Shown piece by piece: positions 28,002 through 32,000 of a stretch of 32,000 nucleotides of DNA. Both the position numbers and the translations under genes were made by a program. Under the pieces are notes generated by a model. It ran no database searches and was not told the origin of the DNA. It saw nothing but the letters and a program-made list of their open reading frames with translations. This DNA is from Acaryochloris marina S15. Its GTDB lineage: Bacteria > Cyanobacteriota > Cyanobacteriia > Thermosynechococcales > Thermosynechococcaceae. Position 1 is the stretch's first letter, and the number at the start of each line of letters is the position of its first letter. The stretch is from the NCBI RefSeq assembly GCF_018336915.1, contig NZ_CP064923.1, positions 3,690,001 to 3,722,000 of the forward strand. Direction: 5' to 3'.

Positions 28002-28182
28002 CGTTCTTAAGCCTTTTTAGAATGTCTCTTCACTGTTTGAGTCATGGAGTACACCCCCCATCAGCTCCAGGATTGGTCCCTTGGGCAGAGGGTTAGAACT
28101 GTAGAATTAGGCATTTTTGGTAAAATCAACTATAATTCAAATTATATTCTATTAACCTTCGCCAAAAAATAGACGCTGACTA

Positions 28183-29148
28183 GTGTTTACAACTGCCCTC
28201 CGCTCAAATGATGTTTTGTTGACGCCCCATGATTTAGTGGGTGCGATCAATGACCTGAAGAAAGACCTGAATGCCATTGTCTTGGCCCACTACTACCAGG
28301 AACCTGAGATCCAAGATGTCGCTGATTACCTCGGTGACTCTTTAGGACTCTCCCGCCAAGCTGCCGGAACCAATGCTGAAGTCATTGTGTTTGCTGGGGT
28401 CCACTTCATGGCAGAAACAGCCAAGATTCTCAATCCAGATAAATTGGTATTACTACCCGACTTGGATGCTGGATGCTCATTGGCAGATAGTTGTCCTCCG
28501 GACCAATTTGCAGCCTTCAAAGCTGCTCATCCCGATCATTTGGTGATTTCTTACATCAACTGTACGGCTGAAATCAAGGCCATGAGCGATATTATTTGTA
28601 CTAGCTCCAACGCGGTCCACATCGTCAATCAAATTCCAGCCGATCAGCCGATTATTTTTGCCCCTGATCAAAATCTGGGTCGCTATGTAATGGCGGAAAC
28701 AGGGCGGGATTTAGTGCTCTGGGAAGGCAGCTGTATCGTTCATGAAACCTTTTCTGAACGGCGGTTAATCGAACTCAAAACCAAGCATCCCCAGGCTGAG
28801 GTCATTGCTCACCCGGAGTGCGAAGCTACTATTTTGAGACATGCTAGCTTTATCGGCTCAACAACGGCACTCCTGAAATATACCCAGACTAGCCCTCTAG
28901 ACACCTTTATTGTGGCGACTGAATCGGGCATCCTGCATCAGATGGAGAAGCAGGCCCCTGGCAAAAATTTTATTCCCGCGCCACCTACGGGGAATTGTGC
29001 CTGTAATGAATGTCCCTATATGCGGCTGAACACCTTGGAGAAGCTGTACGTATCCATGCGCGATCGCAAGCCGGAAATCACAATGCCGGAAGATATCCGC
29101 CAAGCGGCCCTCCATCCCATTCAGCGCATGCTAGACATGAGTGCCTGA
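28183..29148 (+). CDS. nadA: quinolinate synthase NadA
   Basis: 321 aa, GTG start. [34 protein letters not shown], CxCNECPYM Fe-S/active-site motifs. Confidence 0.93.
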   Translation: MFTTALRSNDVLLTPHDLVGAINDLKKDLNAIVLAHYYQEPEIQDVADYLGDSLGLSRQAAGTNAEVIVFAGVHFMAETAKILNPDKLVLLPDLDAGCSLADSCPPDQFAAFKAAHPDHLVISYINCTAEIKAMSDIICTSSNAVHIVNQIPADQPIIFAPDQNLGRYVMAETGRDLVLWEGSCIVHETFSERRLIELKTKHPQAEVIAHPECEATILRHASFIGSTTALLKYTQTSPLDTFIVATESGILHQMEKQAPGKNFIPAPPTGNCACNECPYMRLNTLEKLYVSMRDRKPEITMPEDIRQAALHPIQRMLDMSA

Positions 29149-29237
29149 TGGCTCGCCACGACAAATTAAGTGGAATCACGCTGTTTGGGGCAGAATAACC
29201 ACGGTATTCTGCTAGTACAGTTTGGGAGAAAATCCTG

Positions 29238-29669
29238 ATGATTCCGGCAAATAACAGTAAGGAAGAGGAAGCCCTCGCTCGATTTCTCAACAAGTTCCCC
29301 TTTGAGGTAGCCGAATCCTTTGATGCCAAGCAGCGTCAGGCCATGATGACGGCTTTAACCAGTTCCTCTCCGCCTAGTAGAAAAGTCGATGTCCGTAAAT
29401 CCTTCTCTCTGCTGGGAAGCAAATATTACTTTGTCGTATTGCTCGGGAAAGATCGGAGAACCCATAAGCGAGTTAGGATTGCCCAAATAGAAGCTCACGA
29501 TCAGGGGATTCGACGCTACCTTTCCATGGGCTTGGCAGGAAGTCTGCTGTCTGTTGTGGTACTGAGTACGGTTTATGTGGCGGCATCAGCCGTGGGTGTT
29601 AACTTTTTCCCACAGAGCCACGCTGACAATGTTCTGTTTGCCCCTAAAGCGGAAGCAACCGAACCGTAG
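29238..29669 (+). CDS. hypothetical protein with C-terminal TM helix
   Basis: 143-aa ORF. One hydrophobic segment (LAGSLLSVVVLSTVYVAASAV). No family recognised. Confidence 0.45.
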   Translation: MIPANNSKEEEALARFLNKFPFEVAESFDAKQRQAMMTALTSSSPPSRKVDVRKSFSLLGSKYYFVVLLGKDRRTHKRVRIAQIEAHDQGIRRYLSMGLAGSLLSVVVLSTVYVAASAVGVNFFPQSHADNVLFAPKAEATEP

Positions 29670-29698
29670 GTCAATTTTCTGTTTACAAGGAATAGCTA

Positions 29699-29780
29699 TG
29701 CGGATGGCGAGAATCGAACTCGCAAGGCATAAGCCACACGCCCCTCAAGCGTGCGTGTCTACCAATTCCACCACATCCGC
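29699..29780 (-). tRNA. tRNA-Leu (anticodon GAG), class II with long variable arm; CCA not encoded
   Basis: Hand-folded cloverleaf. Acceptor GCGGATG/CATCCGC, 3-bp D stem with GG loop. Anticodon stem CACGC/GCGTG with loop TT-GAG-GG. Variable stem GGC/GCC, T arm GCGAG-TTCGATT-CTCGC, discriminator A. Confidence 0.93.
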
Positions 29781-29834
29781 AAACGGGAAGCGCTTCGACA
29801 CTAGTCAGGATGACTAATGCACAAAAGCTCATCT

Positions 29835-29862
29835 AGTATACCAACATATCCCTGGATGTCAT
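29835..29862 (-). promoter_or_regulatory. candidate sigma70-type promoter for tRNA-Leu
   Basis: Minus strand reads ATGACA (29862-29857), 16-nt spacer, TATACT (29840-29835). The -10 element ends 54 nt upstream of the tRNA 5' end. Confidence 0.35.
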
Positions 29863-29961
29863 CTGGGGACCGAAAATTTTTGCCTATCTGTTGACAGACA
29901 CTGGTTTGAGAGGTCTCTGCTGGAGACTGAACAGGGGCAATTCTAGAAGAGGTGCGTGAGA

Positions 29962-31146
29962 ATGTCTCAGTTTTCCCATCAGCACTATGAGGTTGGTGTA
30001 CCCGCGACCTCACGCCAAGTTCAAGCCCTGGGCCAAGTTGTGACCCAATGCTTCAATGTGTCTCCTGAGCATTGGCAGACCTATGCGCGTCAGCTTGGGC
30101 AAGATAATTTAAGGGTGATTTGCCACGGCCCTAAGGTCTTGGGTGGCCTTGGTATTTATCCCATGGGGCAGTGGTTTGGGGGGCAGCGAATTCCCATGCA
30201 TGGCATTGCTGGGGTAGGAGTAGCTCCAGAATATCGAGGGGCAGGGGTAGCCCAGTTCCTTATGACAGAAACGGTGAAAACTTTGCATCAGCAGGGCGTT
30301 CCGTTAGCCACCCTGTATGCTTCCACTTCACAACTCTACCGAAGCGTGGGGTTTGAACAAGCGGGCACCTACTGTCGCTATCAGCTCCCCACTCAGTCCT
30401 TGACGATTAAAGATCGCAGTTTACCTATAACGGCGATTGACCTCAGCGATTTAGCTGTCCTAGCCGAGCTGTATCAGCAGCGGGCCCAACAAACCAACGG
30501 CAACCTGGATCGACATCCAGCCATTTGGGAGCAGATGCTGGAGGATGATACCCCTATCTATGCCTACCTAATTGGGGAAGAGGCGCACCCGGAGGGATAT
30601 GTTATCTTTGCCCATCAGGTTGATTCTGGGTGTTACAACATCAATATTTACGACTGGGTGTGGTTAACCCCCGCCGCAGGGCAACGACTGTGGACCTTTT
30701 TCGCCGATCATCGATCCTTGGCCCAGGACATCTTCTGGTATGGGGCTCCAGTTGACCCATTTCAACTGATGCTGGCGGAACAAACCTATCAGGTGCAAAA
30801 AACGGAGCGCTGGTTGTTGCGGATTGTCGATTTACCGAAGGCGTTAACTTTGCGGGGCTACCCACCGGCCCTTGAAGCAGAGCTGCATTTACAGGTAGAA
30901 GATCCGCTCGTGCCTGCCAACTCGGGTCAGTTTGTATTGCAAGTGTCGCAAGGGCAGGGACAAGTGAGAACGGGGGGGCGGGGCGACTTGAAGTTGAATA
31001 TTCGAGGTCTTGCTCCTCTATATTCCAGCATGTTGACAGCGCAGGAGTTGAAACTGCTGGGAGCTGTAGATGGATCGAGGGAGGTCCTGGCTTTGGCGAC
31101 TATGCTCTTTAGTGGTCCTCAACCTTGGCTGAGCGATCACTTTTAG
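29962..31146 (+). CDS. Eis-like GNAT acetyltransferase with C-terminal SCP2-like domain
   Basis: 394 aa from ATG 29962 (GTG 29956 also possible). GVAPEYRGAGVAQFLM acetyl-CoA motif. About 400-aa three-domain length and layout typical of the Eis/GNAT-SCP2 family. Confidence 0.65.
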   Translation: MSQFSHQHYEVGVPATSRQVQALGQVVTQCFNVSPEHWQTYARQLGQDNLRVICHGPKVLGGLGIYPMGQWFGGQRIPMHGIAGVGVAPEYRGAGVAQFLMTETVKTLHQQGVPLATLYASTSQLYRSVGFEQAGTYCRYQLPTQSLTIKDRSLPITAIDLSDLAVLAELYQQRAQQTNGNLDRHPAIWEQMLEDDTPIYAYLIGEEAHPEGYVIFAHQVDSGCYNINIYDWVWLTPAAGQRLWTFFADHRSLAQDIFWYGAPVDPFQLMLAEQTYQVQKTERWLLRIVDLPKALTLRGYPPALEAELHLQVEDPLVPANSGQFVLQVSQGQGQVRTGGRGDLKLNIRGLAPLYSSMLTAQELKLLGAVDGSREVLALATMLFSGPQPWLSDHF

Positions 31147-31162
31147 CTGAGGTGCTGCCAAA

Positions 31163-31963
31163 TTAGCTTATGGCAACTTTAATGAGCGTGATCGCCGCGA
31201 CGACCCAAAGGTAAGGGGCAAACCATTTAAACTGTCCCTTTTTTAAGACAGAAAACAACCAAAGCAACGCAATGTAGCCCGTAATAAAAGAGGCAATAAT
31301 CATGCCAAGGAGGGGAGCGAGTTGCAGCCCTTCTTCTCGCACTTCATCGATACCCAAAATAGCGACACCGAAGGACACTACCAAATACATGAGAAAAGAG
31401 AATCGGGGTGCCAAATCGGATGTAGCACCTCGCCAGAGCATAGTGGAAATGGTACTACCCGACCGAGAAATTCCTGGAATGACGGCACAGCCTTGAGCAA
31501 TGCCGCCAATGGTGGCATCTAGCCAACCTAGAGACATGGCATTCCCCTTGAGGCCAGACTTGGGGGTGAACCACAGCACGATTCCCGTGACAATAAGCGC
31601 AAAGGAAACATACAGCGGCTGATTGAGTTCTTCAAAAATCGGTTTCAATCCCAAACCAATCATGGCCGTGGGAATGGAGCCTAAAACAACGAGTAACGCC
31701 ATCCGCCACCCTTCTTGCTGGCGAGCTGCAGACGAAGTGAGGCCTGCAAAAAAGCCAGATAGAGCTTGCCAGACATCCTTACGAAGGACAACTAGAACAG
31801 CAAAAAAGGTACCCGTGTTCGTGGCTATATCCACATAGAGCGGCAGCTTTTCCCACCAACCTAAGTAATAGCTGGCGAGCACTAAATGCCCAGAACTGGA
31901 GACGGGCAGAAACTCAGTGAGTCCTTGCACAATCCCCAAAATAATTGCTTGCAGTAAGGTCAT
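31163..31963 (-). CDS. uppP: undecaprenyl-diphosphate phosphatase
   Basis: 266 aa. GLTEFLPVSSSGH and PGISRSGSTI signature motifs of UppP/BacA. Polytopic membrane protein. Confidence 0.92.
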   Translation of the reverse strand: MTLLQAIILGIVQGLTEFLPVSSSGHLVLASYYLGWWEKLPLYVDIATNTGTFFAVLVVLRKDVWQALSGFFAGLTSSAARQQEGWRMALLVVLGSIPTAMIGLGLKPIFEELNQPLYVSFALIVTGIVLWFTPKSGLKGNAMSLGWLDATIGGIAQGCAVIPGISRSGSTISTMLWRGATSDLAPRFSFLMYLVVSFGVAILGIDEVREEGLQLAPLLGMIIASFITGYIALLWLFSVLKKGQFKWFAPYLWVVAAITLIKVAIS

Positions 31964-32000
31964 AGCCGTTTAAAGGGAATGAAGAGAAATCGCGTTGTTT

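Noticed and set aside
29575-29817. 80-aa plus-strand ORF
   Set aside because: It overlaps the 3' end of the 29238-29669 ORF in another frame and runs straight across the well-folded tRNA-Leu gene on the opposite strand.

Overview
This 32 kb window reads as a cyanobacterial chromosome segment. It carries the photosystem II core operon psbD-psbC with the classical 53-nt overlap, plus ycf4, secA and a PCP-reductase-family mini-protein. I found nine copies of the HIP1 palindrome GCGATCGC. The D2 and CP43 sequences depart from the canonical sequences as I remember them, which makes me suspect an Acaryochloris-like (Chl d) lineage; I cannot verify this. I call 26 protein-coding genes (one truncated at the left edge) and one tRNA-Leu(GAG). 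Most are ordinary housekeeping genes: asparaginase, MarC, a multi-GAF histidine kinase, cyclophilin, GNAT, a KAS paralog, trhO, GST, a delta-6-type desaturase, glcD, nadA, uppP and an Eis-like acetyltransferase. I see no transposase, integrase, CRISPR array, recognisable defence system or rRNA. The best candidate for something undescribed is a head-to-head pair of paralogous orphan ATP-grasp ligases (1656-2750 minus, 3519-4676 plus). They share a 768-bp spacer that is about 28% G+C by my hand count and contains several sub-60-codon ORFs, which could mark a peptide-ligase or RiPP-like locus, but this is inference only. Lesser oddities are listed here.
- An 861-bp ORF-free spacer between a mini-SepF gene and nadA holds a 17-bp inverted-repeat pair (MITE-like or paired operator).
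- A 66-codon frame coupled by ATGA to the KAS gene is interrupted by one TGA.
- One protein fuses a GYF domain to an AIM24 domain.
- Several small repeat and hairpin structures occur in spacers.
All homology calls rest on motif recognition from memory; no database search was possible.
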